A DNA stretch of 64,000 bases from an uncultured bacterium (GCA_964373885.1 CAYJWM010000001.1:5580-69579), one strand, 5' to 3'; positions 48,032 through 57,807 are shown, numbered from the stretch's first letter. Translations and numbers: made by a program. Notes: generated from the sequence alone by a model not told the origin.

Positions 48032-49435
48032 TTAAAAAGCGGCGTGAGCCAATTCGCCGGCCATGAGTGACTCAAAAGAAGATCGGAAATTTCCAAGGCC
48101 CATGCTATGGGAACCTTTGATCAAAATAGAATCATTTCGCTTAACCACGGACTTTAACGCCTCCATGGCTGCCTCCCGGTTCGTCGCATGCATTCCCTTG
48201 GCCTGTTTCCTCTGTGCCAAAAACGACTTTACGGTCATCTGACTTAAAGACCCCACACCGATGAGCACATCCACCCCGGCTTCCGCCATGGAGCGGCCTA
48301 ACTGTTCGTGAAAAAACACCGCCTTCGCTCCCAACTCAAGCATGTCACCCGCCACCACAATTTTCCTTCTTCCATCGGCAAGCGCTTGAAACGACTCCAG
48401 CGCTTGAGCGAATGAATGAGGGTTCGCATTATAGGAATCGTCGACGATCTGAAGATTCAAGGGTTCAAGCTGAAACACTTGAAAACGGCTTTCCACGGAA
48501 GGCAGAACATGCCAGGAACTGCTGAGGGCCTTGAGATCCAATTTAAAAAATCCGGCGACTGCAAGGGCGGCCAGCGCATTCATCGCATTAAAGGCGCCGT
48601 ATCCTTCAAGCCGAAATTCAAGCGTCCCGTTGACTTCAAAACAAATAAATCCGTCCGAAACGGCGAGCCGTGAAAGATAAAAATCGCAATGACGTCCCCC
48701 GCCGTACGTGATCACGGGACATTTTCTCGCCTTCGCGCGCCGGACGAGCCGGGGGTTGTCCCCATTCACAATCAGTGTTCCGTTCCTTTCCTCCAAAAAA
48801 TCAGCCAGTTCCAATTTGGCGCGGTACACATGCTCAAGCGATCCGAATCCTTCCAAATGCGCCGGCTCAACCCCCGTCAAAACACCGACGGTCGGCTCCG
48901 CCATCTCCGCCAGTAATCGGATTTCTCCCACATGATTGGCCCCCAGTTCCAATACGAAGCATTGATCCTCCGGCTTGAGCCGGAACAGATTCAGGGGAAC
49001 GCCGATATGATTGTTCCAATTTCCAAAACCCACCCTGACGTCAAACACTTGGGAAAGAACGGCCGCAATACACTCTTTCGTGGTTGTTTTGCCGGCACTT
49101 CCGGTCACGGCCACCACGGGATGGGAAAATTGGCTCCGATACCAACGCGCCAAGCGATGAAGCGCATGAAGCGTGTCTCCAACGGCAATCACGGGACCGG
49201 GATGCGGACCGGGACGGCTGACCACGGCTGCCGAGGCGCCCTTCTGGAAGGCCTGCGGGATGAACGCATGGCCGTCAAAACGGGGACCGCGCAGGGCAAA
49301 AAATAAATCGCCGGGACACAGGGTCCTCGTGTCGATGGAGATCCCGGAATAAAACCGGTTTTTTTCCTGAGCGTTTAACGCCCCGCCGCAAATGCTTGCG
49401 GCCTTTTCGAGTGAGCGCATTTCTTGTGAATCCAT
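48032..49435 (-). CDS. murF: UDP-MurNAc-tripeptide--D-alanyl-D-alanine ligase
   Basis: Mur ligase domains, GSAGKTTTKE P-loop. Confidence 0.85.
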   Translation of the reverse strand: MDSQEMRSLEKAASICGGALNAQEKNRFYSGISIDTRTLCPGDLFFALRGPRFDGHAFIPQAFQKGASAAVVSRPGPHPGPVIAVGDTLHALHRLARWYRSQFSHPVVAVTGSAGKTTTKECIAAVLSQVFDVRVGFGNWNNHIGVPLNLFRLKPEDQCFVLELGANHVGEIRLLAEMAEPTVGVLTGVEPAHLEGFGSLEHVYRAKLELADFLEERNGTLIVNGDNPRLVRRAKARKCPVITYGGGRHCDFYLSRLAVSDGFICFEVNGTLEFRLEGYGAFNAMNALAALAVAGFFKLDLKALSSSWHVLPSVESRFQVFQLEPLNLQIVDDSYNANPHSFAQALESFQALADGRRKIVVAGDMLELGAKAVFFHEQLGRSMAEAGVDVLIGVGSLSQMTVKSFLAQRKQAKGMHATNREAAMEALKSVVKRNDSILIKGSHSMGLGNFRSSFESLMAGELAHAAF

Positions 49436-50889
49436 TCGCGGGCCACTTCTTGGTCGCGAAACGGAAATTTTTCGCGGCCGATGATTTGATCATGTTCATG
49501 GCCCTTCCCAAAAATAAAGACAAGATCGCCCGCCCGTGCTTCACCGACGGCAAACCCGATGGCTTCCTTCCGGTCTTCAATCACAAAAAGTCCGGCCCGG
49601 CGGCCGGTTTCCTCTATTCCCTTCTCAATTTCCCGCAAAATGTCCCGAGGATGCTCGGTGCGCGGATTGTCTGAGGTCAGGACCACCAAATCCGAGTATT
49701 GATTAGCGATTTGCCCCATGATGGGCCGCTTCAAACGGTCACGATCCCCCCCGCAGCCGAACACCGAAATGATGCGACCGGCCGAACTGGACCGGGCGTA
49801 GGACAAAATCCGGGCGATGGCGTCCGGCGTATGGGCATAGTCGACAAATAAATAAAAATCCTGTCCTTCGTCGATACGTTCCATCCGGCCCGGCACGCCC
49901 GGGAAATTCAAGAGCCGCGGAATCAATTCTCCTAATGGATACCCTTCCTCGGAAAGAACGCTTAAAGCAGCCAGTACATTCATCGCGTTATGTTTAAAAA
50001 TAAGGGGCGCATGTACCGGAAAAAGTTTTTCTTTGTGGGTTAACTCAAAATCCATACCGCATAAATCAGACCGAAAAGAAAAAGCGTGATAATCCGCCGG
50101 GGCTTGAAATCCGAAACCCACCGCCGGACGACCTTTTAATTCATGAATCAATCGAATTCCGTAAGCATCATCCTGACATACAACGGAATGAACGGGCGGC
50201 GTATCACCAAAAAAAAGTTTTCGCTTCGCCTGATAGTACGCCTCAAAGTCGGAATGATAATCCAGATGATCTTGTGTGAGATTGGTAAACACTGCGCTTG
50301 AAAACGAAAGCCCGCAGGTTCTTTCCTGGTCCAGGGCATGGGACGAAACTTCCAAAACACAGTGGGTCACGCCGCCAGCCGCCATGCGTGAAAAAAGCTC
50401 GTGCAGACGCTCGGGGCCCGGAGTGGTGTTCTCGGCCGGTGTGATCATTTTTCCGTCGTCATAATGAACGGTTCCGATAAGACCGGTCGGGTGAAGGGGC
50501 GCAAGCAAATGTTGAATTAAAAAGGTGGTGGTGGTCTTTCCGTTGGTCCCGGTCACACCGATCAATTTCAATTTTTGGGCCGGGTCACCGTAAAACCGGC
50601 TCACGAGATGAGAAAGCACTTTTCTGGAGTCAGACACGACCAATTGGGGAATTCCCAATTCACCCGCAAAATCGTCAAAACGTTCCGAAACCACTGCTGT
50701 CGCGCCGCGCCGGATGGCTTCCCTGATAAATTGATGGCCGTCCGAAATGGACCCGGAGACGGCGACAAAAAGATCCTGAGGCCCTACTTTACGGGAATCC
50801 GCCTGAATGCGGCGAATGGGAGTGTCTAATTCTCCCTTTCCGTTCCAAGCGCACGGCTGGTTAAACAAATATTCCTTGAGCGTTTTCAT
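49375..50889 (-). CDS. murE: UDP-MurNAc-L-alanyl-D-glutamate--2,6-diaminopimelate ligase
   Basis: GVTGTNGKTTTT P-loop and a DNPR motif near the C-terminus (LTSDNPRTE). Confidence 0.9.
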   Translation of the reverse strand: MKTLKEYLFNQPCAWNGKGELDTPIRRIQADSRKVGPQDLFVAVSGSISDGHQFIREAIRRGATAVVSERFDDFAGELGIPQLVVSDSRKVLSHLVSRFYGDPAQKLKLIGVTGTNGKTTTTFLIQHLLAPLHPTGLIGTVHYDDGKMITPAENTTPGPERLHELFSRMAAGGVTHCVLEVSSHALDQERTCGLSFSSAVFTNLTQDHLDYHSDFEAYYQAKRKLFFGDTPPVHSVVCQDDAYGIRLIHELKGRPAVGFGFQAPADYHAFSFRSDLCGMDFELTHKEKLFPVHAPLIFKHNAMNVLAALSVLSEEGYPLGELIPRLLNFPGVPGRMERIDEGQDFYLFVDYAHTPDAIARILSYARSSSAGRIISVFGCGGDRDRLKRPIMGQIANQYSDLVVLTSDNPRTEHPRDILREIEKGIEETGRRAGLFVIEDRKEAIGFAVGEARAGDLVFIFGKGHEHDQIIGREKFPFRDQEVAREWIHKKCAHSKRPQAFAAGR

Positions 50890-50948
50890 GAATGAAATCT
50901 ATCTTTGTATTTACGGGAAAAACCGGAAGAATCTTAAGCAGGCCCCGG

Positions 50949-51449
50949 TTACTCGCCTTTCAAAGAAAATCGAATTGTCTTTGATTCGGCATCAAGCGAA
51001 CGGATGTCAAAACCCCTTTTACCCCCTACCACGAGCTCCACATTCACAAAATCGAAAAGGACGTCTTCTTGGCCGACAGAAGCCGCCCATTCGGAGCCGA
51101 ATGCGACCGAAAGATTTTTCCCGTGAATCACCACGGGAAAATAAGAACGCAGCAAAGCCGTGGGTGGAAATTCAACCGAAAGCGTACCTGCTTTCACGTG
51201 CAGCCGGTCCTTCCATTCCAGGGACGTTTGCTTTAAATCAAATGCGCCCGGAACCAACACAAATACGGGTTTCCTGTGGATTTTTAAATCCAAACGGTGC
51301 TCCACCTGCCAAAGAAAAAGATGCGTCCACACGGTGGGCCACACCGCCAGGACCCCAACAACCACAGCGGTTTTGCGCCAGCTCACGGAACAGAAAACTT
51401 TAAAAAATGCGGCAGGGGGTCTCCCTTGAGTTCCAAAACCAATACCCAC
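50949..51449 (-). CDS. Hypothetical small membrane protein (one predicted TM), sitting in the place upstream of murE that ftsI/ftsL normally occupy
   Basis: ORF only. TM segment AVVVGVLAVWPTVW. No family recognised. It overlaps the next ORF by 67 bp in another frame. Confidence 0.3.
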   Translation of the reverse strand: MGIGFGTQGRPPAAFFKVFCSVSWRKTAVVVGVLAVWPTVWTHLFLWQVEHRLDLKIHRKPVFVLVPGAFDLKQTSLEWKDRLHVKAGTLSVEFPPTALLRSYFPVVIHGKNLSVAFGSEWAASVGQEDVLFDFVNVELVVGGKRGFDIRSLDAESKTIRFSLKGE

Positions 51450-51607
51450 AAGGTGAGCAGAACCAATACGAACGACGCCAACAGGAACAGATAGTAAGTC
51501 AATGAAATCTGCTCTTCAGATTTAGGCCGTTCGATTTTAATGCCAATTTTTGGGGGAATATCTAACTCGCTCATGCCCCATTCCCAATGGCTCTCGGCCC
51601 GAGCCAC
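51383..51607 (-). CDS. Hypothetical small bitopic membrane protein with an FtsL-like layout (about 35-aa cytoplasmic N-terminus plus one TM)
   Basis: ORF only: MARAESHWEWGMSELDIPPKIGIKIERPKSEEQISLTYYLFLLASFVLVLLTLWVLVL... Confidence 0.3.
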   Translation of the reverse strand: MARAESHWEWGMSELDIPPKIGIKIERPKSEEQISLTYYLFLLASFVLVLLTLWVLVLELKGDPLPHFLKFSVP

Positions 51608-53136
51608 TTATCTTTTACCCGGGCACTGTTCGGATGTTTCAAAAGCTCCACCATATCCGGATGGCGAATCACCTTTAAAAAGCTTCCCACGACCTTCGGA
51701 TCAAATTGAGTCCCCGTATTCGCTTTAATCTCTTCGATGGCCTCCTCCACGGCCCGGCCCTGCCGGTACGGACGATGAGACACCATGGCCGCAAACGCAT
51801 CCGCTACCGAAATAATCCGAGCCCCCATCGGAATTTCGTCTCCCTTTAAACGATCCGGATACCCGGTGCCGTCATAACGTTCGTGATGATGCAAAATCAT
51901 GGGAATCGCCGGCCGCAAAGAGCTGATTTGCTGCAAAATGCTGGCTCCGCGGTTGGGATGCTGCTTCACTTCTTCATATTCTTTTGCCGTCAACTTTGTT
52001 TTTTTAGACAAAATATGCCCCGGCGTCCCCAACTGTCCCGCATCAATCAAAAAAGTGGCGCGATGCAGATGGGTGAGCTCAAAGCCCGAAAGGCAGAGGT
52101 CGCGGCCGATGCGGAAGGCCAGTTCCGAAATAATCGGATGGCTGGAGCGTCCTCCGGAAAACGTAAGAGACAGAAGCTCGTTGATTGTTTTAATGCTGCT
52201 CAAGGTCAACGCTTCCGTTTCTTCAAAAAGCTGTGCATTCTTGATCGCAACGACCGCCTGCTCGGAGAGCGTTTTCAAAAGCTCGAGATCGGTTTGCGTA
52301 AAAGGGGTCCCGCTTAATTTATCTTTCAATTCAATCACGCCCACGATGTCTTCTTCAATAAACGGGACAGCGATGCAATTTCGTGAGAGATGAAACTCCG
52401 CCGTCTCGGCCACATGTCCTTCAACGCCATGGCCGACTTTAAGTTTACGCTTTGGACTGTCTTTGGCCCCAAAAGAAAATTTGGGAATCAAATATTTTTT
52501 ATCGGCATCGAGCAAAAATACGGCGCATTTCTTGGCTTTGATCACCTGCACGCAAAGCCGGCCGATGCGGGGAAGCAGCTCGCTTAAGCGCAGCGACGAG
52601 GCCATGACCCGATGGACGGAATGAATCGTGGAGAGCGCCAGCGCACGGGGATGCACCGTCTCATAAAAATTTTGAAGCTCAAAGGTGCGGTACGCCAAAT
52701 CTACTTCGGCGCGCAGAAATTGATCGAATATTTTGAAAAAAGGTTTAATTTCCCGCTCCGGCTTGTGAACCGCGCACAGAATCAAAAACCCTTTAAGCTG
52801 AGTCAGGTGCCGCAACGCGAAAATAGCGCCCGAGCGCCCGTAGCCGCAATGATACATCTGGGGAAGCTTTTCCACTTCTTCGGGTTTCCCTTGAAGCTGT
52901 TCAAAGTACTTTTCAAGAAAAAGGGCGCAACTGGTTTGGTTGTCTTTGGATTTCGCATAAAAGGAACAATTTCCCTTTCGGTCCAGCCGGACCAAGCGAT
53001 GCCCGCCGTTTTGAATCAGAAAAAACCAGCCCAGCGGTTTCCCAAAAAATTCGCAGAACTCGGCATACCCGTCCCGCCAAGAAGGGCTTTCGGGAAGAAA
53101 TCGTTCCAGGACGGCTAATTCCTTACCTTTAGTCAT
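51571..53136 (-). CDS. GAF-domain / HD-GYP-domain protein (putative c-di-GMP phosphodiesterase)
   Basis: HD...HHERYDGTGYP HD-GYP signature in the C-terminal 180 aa. A GAF-like central domain. The first roughly 170 aa are unassigned. Confidence 0.85.
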   Translation of the reverse strand: MTKGKELAVLERFLPESPSWRDGYAEFCEFFGKPLGWFFLIQNGGHRLVRLDRKGNCSFYAKSKDNQTSCALFLEKYFEQLQGKPEEVEKLPQMYHCGYGRSGAIFALRHLTQLKGFLILCAVHKPEREIKPFFKIFDQFLRAEVDLAYRTFELQNFYETVHPRALALSTIHSVHRVMASSLRLSELLPRIGRLCVQVIKAKKCAVFLLDADKKYLIPKFSFGAKDSPKRKLKVGHGVEGHVAETAEFHLSRNCIAVPFIEEDIVGVIELKDKLSGTPFTQTDLELLKTLSEQAVVAIKNAQLFEETEALTLSSIKTINELLSLTFSGGRSSHPIISELAFRIGRDLCLSGFELTHLHRATFLIDAGQLGTPGHILSKKTKLTAKEYEEVKQHPNRGASILQQISSLRPAIPMILHHHERYDGTGYPDRLKGDEIPMGARIISVADAFAAMVSHRPYRQGRAVEEAIEEIKANTGTQFDPKVVGSFLKVIRHPDMVELLKHPNSARVKDKWLGPRAIGNGA

Positions 53137-53262
53137 AACCCCTAAATTTTATCACTGTACGCAATTTCGAGTCAAGGGACGGCCCCTTTCGGGCCGCCAT
53201 CTGCCCAGACTGTTACCACGGGCAGGTACTGCATCTGTATCCCTCTGGAGCATCAGATGCTG

Positions 53263-54378
53263 TCAAACCCGTTCATAAGGAGAAAAAAACCGGTTGTATT
53301 CATCTAGGGCAAATCGATCGGTCATCCCCGCGATATAATCGCAAATGGCCCTTTGCAATCCGCCCTTTTTGACCCGCTTCAGGGTTTGCGGCGGGAGCTG
53401 TTCCGGTTTTTGTTCATAACTGTGAAAAAGTTCCTTGATAAATCTCTGGCCTTTCTCGGTCATGCGGACCACCCGATGATGATGATAAAGATGATCCAGC
53501 AGAAATTGTTTCAACTCTTTTACTTGCCTTGCAACCGGTTTCGAAAATGCCACCACTTGGGCGTCGGTGCGCGAAAGATCTGTCGGTTTTCTGAAGTGAT
53601 AGCGGTTCAAGTTTCGCTCCGTCTCTTCAAGCAAATTGCCTACCAATCGATTGATTAAAAGCCGTACGGCCATTCGGGTTTTCACCGCGGGAGCGGCTCG
53701 AGATGCTTTCCGCTCCACATAGCGCTTCGCTTCCATCCACAGACTCGCTTGACGAAGCAATTCTTCATCCAAAAAACCCGCCCGAATCCCGTCATCCAAA
53801 TCGTGGCAGTTATAGGCAATCTCATCCGCATAATCCACCACATCCGCTTCCAGAGAGCGAAAGCGTTTTTTAACGTGTTTGCGCAAACCTTCCCGTACCT
53901 CAAAGGTTAAATTCAGGCCCGGAAAATTGGCGTAGCTTTCCTCCAATTCCTCCACGATTCTCAAACAATGCAAATTGTGCTCAAATCCGCCGTGTGGTCT
54001 CATCAAATCGTGCAGGGCCCATTCCCCGGCGTGACCGAAGGGCCCGTGGCCCAAATCATGGCCAAGCGCAATGGTCTCCGTTAAATCTTCATTGAGCTGC
54101 AAAGCGCGGGCGATGGTTTTCGCGATTTGGGCCATTTCAAGCGTGTGGGTGAGCCGCGTGCGGTAATGATCGCCTTCGTGGTTGACAAACACTTGGGTTT
54201 TGTATTCGAGCCGGCGGAAGGCCGTGGAATGAACAATGCGGTCCCGGTCGCGCTGAAAGGCGCTCCTGAGACCGTGTTCCTTCTCGGGATAACGGCGCCC
54301 TTTGGATTCCCCGCTTTTGACCGCGTAGGAAGCCAGCCATTCCCGTTCGTGCCGCTCCCAAAACTCTCGCGAAATCAT
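53263..54378 (-). CDS. dgt: dGTP triphosphohydrolase-like HD-domain phosphohydrolase
   Basis: HD motif block TRLTHTLEMAQIAKTIARAL...LGHDLGHGPFGH. Start chosen at the ATG at 54378, abutting the HIT stop. Confidence 0.8.
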   Translation of the reverse strand: MISREFWERHEREWLASYAVKSGESKGRRYPEKEHGLRSAFQRDRDRIVHSTAFRRLEYKTQVFVNHEGDHYRTRLTHTLEMAQIAKTIARALQLNEDLTETIALGHDLGHGPFGHAGEWALHDLMRPHGGFEHNLHCLRIVEELEESYANFPGLNLTFEVREGLRKHVKKRFRSLEADVVDYADEIAYNCHDLDDGIRAGFLDEELLRQASLWMEAKRYVERKASRAAPAVKTRMAVRLLINRLVGNLLEETERNLNRYHFRKPTDLSRTDAQVVAFSKPVARQVKELKQFLLDHLYHHHRVVRMTEKGQRFIKELFHSYEQKPEQLPPQTLKRVKKGGLQRAICDYIAGMTDRFALDEYNRFFSPYERV

Positions 54379-54839
54379 CGCCCTCCCGCAAGTTTTCGAT
54401 AAATCGATCGAAGCGACTCGGAAATCACTTTGGTTTGGGCAATCACCGGCATGAAATTGGCATCCCCGTTCCATCTCGGAACGATATGAACGTGCACATG
54501 CCCCGGAATCCCGGCCCCCGCCGAGCGGCCTAAATTAAGCCCGATGTTGATCCCGGAAGGTTTTAACACTTTTTGGACACGCTTGGTTGTCTCGTTGACC
54601 AACCGGAACAAATCAAGCAGCTCACTGTCCCTTAAATGAGTCAAACTGGAAACATGCCGCTTGGGCGCCACGAGAAGATGACCGGGGTTGTACGGAAAAA
54701 GATTCAGGAGGGAAAAACTGTGGGCACTTCTCTTGAGAACGCGGTCACCTTCGGCGCGTCTGGCGCCGCAGAAAATGCATTTTTTACTTTGCTTTCGGGT
54801 AATATAGGCCTTCCGCCGGGGCGCCCAAAGTCTTTCCAT
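54375..54839 (-). CDS. HIT-family (histidine triad) nucleotide hydrolase/transferase
   Basis: Histidine triad GHVHVHIVPR. N-terminal Cys cluster (CIFCG). Confidence 0.85.
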   Translation of the reverse strand: MERLWAPRRKAYITRKQSKKCIFCGARRAEGDRVLKRSAHSFSLLNLFPYNPGHLLVAPKRHVSSLTHLRDSELLDLFRLVNETTKRVQKVLKPSGINIGLNLGRSAGAGIPGHVHVHIVPRWNGDANFMPVIAQTKVISESLRSIYRKLAGGR

Positions 54840-54851
54840 GAATGGGTGGGA

Positions 54852-56477
54852 TTACACCACTACCTTCGGTTTGTCGTGAACGTCGAGTAAAAAGTTTAAA
54901 TTCTTGAGATCAAGGTACTGGATTTTGGCCTCCTGTGCAAGCAATTTTGCATTTAGATCAATCCCCCGAAGCCCCATAATTAATTTCTTCTCGAGGGGGG
55001 CTCGCAATCGTTTGATGTCCTCCAGAAAAACACGAATATCATCCTCCATCACTTTTCCGGAAAGCACCTGGCACAGCCAGCGCGACTTTCCGTTTTTGGC
55101 CGCTATGGGGAATGCACGCCCGTTATTGGGGCGCGATAAGATCTCGGTAAAATGGGGGCAATAGAACCGTTTCTGATTGAGTTCAACCATGTCGCCTCGA
55201 AATTTCCGGAACAGATCCTCAATTCGCTTCGGAAGTTCCGAGGAATCAGCCCGAAGACTTTCTTCCACGGCCCATTCCGCCTGATCTTGAAAATGCCTGG
55301 GACTTGCCAGAGGAAGCGCCGAAAAAGAGGTCCGGCGCAGATAATAAACCGAGACAAGCCAAAACCGAAATAAGGGGTCGGGAATGATAAACAGGGAACC
55401 GTGTTTTTGAATCACCTCCAGACGCAAAAGCTCTTCCAGCACCTTTTTAATCTCCGTCCCCTTTAAGCGGAGAAAGCGCATCATTTGGGAAAGTTTTTTA
55501 TGGCCCTTGGCGATCCCGAGCAGAATATCTCCATATCTCCAGAAATAGCCGCGGCCTGAAAAGGAATGAATCTTTCGTTCAAAGCACTGATTCAAAATAC
55601 CGCTTCGCTCATAAAGCTCGTCTGCAAGCGCTGTCACCATAAGCGCTCGGCCATCACCGGACCGGCTGGTCATCGTGAATCGAATGCGCGCAAGCAGGCG
55701 ATTTAAATAATAAGGGTGGCCGTTGGTGAGGCGAATCAAAAACCGCTTAAGCCCTTCGTCTAAATTCGAATCTGCCGTTTTCTGCTCAATCCATTCACGC
55801 GCTTCGTCAAAATCAAACGGATTTAATTCGATGGCCTCAAAATTCCCAAACAGAAGCGAAAGCTTTTCATGAAAAATAAAACGGCCGCGGGCAAAACGCG
55901 ATGTGGAAACCAAATACATGGTTTCCTTTTGCATCATGATCTCACGGCCCAGATCCGCAAACGGATCCGCCAGCTCTAAATCTTCCAAGCAGTCGAAATC
56001 ATCCAATACCAGGATGATCTTCTTCCCTGTTTCCTGCTGCAAGGTCCCGGTCAAGCCCAATAGCTCGCGATAGGCCTGGTCATAGCGATGCGCCATCAAC
56101 ATCTTTTTCACCCACTTAACATGCCGCAAGGTTTTAGGTGCCGTTTTTTTAAGCGAACGAATGAGTTCTTGAAGATGGCTGGGTGGAGTTCCGCCGAGTG
56201 CCCGATGAACACTTAAAAGCAGCTCGCCCATCCACCGTTCGGCGAACCATTCAAACGATTCAAAGGAACGGCAGGAGAAAAAAATCGACAGAATTTGATC
56301 GGAATTAATTTTGGAGAGAAAAGTTCGAAGCAGAAAACTTTTTCCTACCAACCCGACGCCCAGAAGACCAATGTTTTGACGGTACCCGTTCAAAAACGCT
56401 TCCAGTCGTTTTTCAAAAAGGGCAAAAATTTCCCCGCGCCCGAAGAATACGCTGTCCTTCTCGAGATCGGCCTGCAT
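54852..56477 (-). CDS. ATP-binding protein of the Arch_ATPase (PF01637-like) family with a DUF234-like C-terminal region
   Basis: FFGRGEIFALFEKRL...GLLGVGLVGKSFLL (Walker A) ... ILVLDDFD (Walker B), 541 aa. The family assignment is by pattern recall only. Confidence 0.65.
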   Translation of the reverse strand: MQADLEKDSVFFGRGEIFALFEKRLEAFLNGYRQNIGLLGVGLVGKSFLLRTFLSKINSDQILSIFFSCRSFESFEWFAERWMGELLLSVHRALGGTPPSHLQELIRSLKKTAPKTLRHVKWVKKMLMAHRYDQAYRELLGLTGTLQQETGKKIILVLDDFDCLEDLELADPFADLGREIMMQKETMYLVSTSRFARGRFIFHEKLSLLFGNFEAIELNPFDFDEAREWIEQKTADSNLDEGLKRFLIRLTNGHPYYLNRLLARIRFTMTSRSGDGRALMVTALADELYERSGILNQCFERKIHSFSGRGYFWRYGDILLGIAKGHKKLSQMMRFLRLKGTEIKKVLEELLRLEVIQKHGSLFIIPDPLFRFWLVSVYYLRRTSFSALPLASPRHFQDQAEWAVEESLRADSSELPKRIEDLFRKFRGDMVELNQKRFYCPHFTEILSRPNNGRAFPIAAKNGKSRWLCQVLSGKVMEDDIRVFLEDIKRLRAPLEKKLIMGLRGIDLNAKLLAQEAKIQYLDLKNLNFLLDVHDKPKVVV

Positions 56478-56684
56478 GCGTTCCTGTTGGGTTGATTTTG
56501 TATGGTGGCGAGTGAAAGGTTTTTTACGGAGAGGTGCGTGAAGGGCTCAATGTCAAATGGAATGAATATAATTTCCGAAAAAATCTCCGAAAAACCCGCT
56601 CCCTTTTCCAGGCAAGTGTATTTATATCAAAATCTTCTTGCCACTTCAAGCGAAAACCGAAATCCATTCGGCAAAAAAACCTGT

Positions 56685-56703
56685 ATACTACCGATAGTAG
56701 TAT
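56685..56703. promoter_or_regulatory. Palindrome ATACTAC-N5-GTAGTAT in the divergent promoter region between the ATPase operon and the EEP gene
   Basis: Seen in the sequence, about 95 bp upstream of the EEP ATG. Confidence 0.3.
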
Positions 56704-56768
56704 GAAAATTATTTTGCTCGCCCAAATGGTATTCGAGTAAAATGAGAAGTGAAGAACGCTGCAACTTC

Positions 56769-56796
56769 TCATCCTGAGCGAAGCGAAGGATCTATG
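56769..56796 (+). repeat. 28-bp repeat TCATCCTGAGCGAAGCGAAGGATCTATG, immediately upstream of the EEP start codon. It contains the gene's SD AAGGA.
   Basis: Matches the reverse complement of 58660-58688 (28/28 with a 1-nt indel). Confidence 0.7.
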
Positions 56797-56798
56797 CT

Positions 56799-57527
56799 AT
56801 GAATATCGTCACGCTCAACACATGGGGTTCTTGCGGACCCTGGCAGAAGCGTTGGGACTATTTGGTTGAAACGCTGGCCGCGCTCAAGCCCGACCTTTTA
56901 TTTCTACAGGAGGTTTGGGGTGACGCGCTCCCGGATAAAATAAAAAAGACATTCCCCCGCTTTCATTTTCTCTCGGCCTATGAGCCGGGTCTTGTTCTTT
57001 GCTCCAAAGCGCCCATGCGCCTCTACAAAATTCATCGGTATGAGGTGAGCTCTCCGCTGGAATCATACGACCGCGGCGCGCTTCTGGCAGAAACAACCTT
57101 CGGTTCGCAGAATGTGATTTTGGCCAATACCCATTTATCGTGGAAGGCCGAAGACGGCGCGACCCGAATGAAACAAGCGGAGGAATTGCTTGGACTGGTC
57201 GGGGAAGCGGGGCTTCCCGCCATTCTAGCCGGGGATTTCAACGATGTCCCGGCTAGCCCTGTGGTTCAACAGATTAAAAAGGCGGGATTTCGGGACCTAT
57301 TTGAACGCGTGGGTGAGGGGAACGGGTTTACGTGGGATAACGCAAATCCCTTTATTCAGTCCCATGAAACCCAATTTCCGAATCGGCGCATTGATTTCTT
57401 ATTTATGGACGAACGCCTCGCCGAAATTTATCCCCCGCTTTCCTCGCGTGTGGTCTTCAATCAACCCAATCGCGAAGGTATTTATCCTTCCGACCATTAC
57501 GGCGTGACGGCGGGACTTAAAATTTAG
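56799..57527 (+). CDS. Endonuclease/exonuclease/phosphatase (EEP) family protein
   Basis: N-terminal LNTWG and LFLQEV blocks, a C-terminal SDHYGV motif, 242 aa. Confidence 0.8.
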   Translation: MNIVTLNTWGSCGPWQKRWDYLVETLAALKPDLLFLQEVWGDALPDKIKKTFPRFHFLSAYEPGLVLCSKAPMRLYKIHRYEVSSPLESYDRGALLAETTFGSQNVILANTHLSWKAEDGATRMKQAEELLGLVGEAGLPAILAGDFNDVPASPVVQQIKKAGFRDLFERVGEGNGFTWDNANPFIQSHETQFPNRRIDFLFMDERLAEIYPPLSSRVVFNQPNREGIYPSDHYGVTAGLKI

Positions 57528-57807
57528 CAAGAATAGAATCCATTTCTTTTTCGCCGAACGCGCGCAACGTCTGGGATTTTAAATTCCCGAGCGACCCTGC
57601 CCTCATCAAAAGAGCGGTCACCGTTTCATCATTCGGCGCTTCCATGGTCAAAACGACATCGTACGCTCCAAGCGTCCAGAAAATGTCCGTGATCTGGGCG
57701 CCCATCTTCCGGGCCAAATCGCGAAACGCCTGAGCGCGTTTCGTCGTGTCCTTAATCCCCCGTATCCCCTGATCCGTGAAATTCGCCAGCACCACATACT
57801 TTGCCAT
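57517..57807 (-). CDS. GYD-domain protein
   Basis: MAKYVVLANFTDQG...GAYDVVLTMEAPNDETV pattern typical of GYD-family small proteins, 96 aa. Confidence 0.65.
   Translation of the reverse strand: MAKYVVLANFTDQGIRGIKDTTKRAQAFRDLARKMGAQITDIFWTLGAYDVVLTMEAPNDETVTALLMRAGSLGNLKSQTLRAFGEKEMDSILAKF

Noticed and set aside
56769-56796. Possible hammerhead-like ribozyme core in the CUGAGCGAAGCGAAGG repeat
   Set aside because: It lacks the CUGAUGA and GAAA catalytic-core spacing. The resemblance is superficial.
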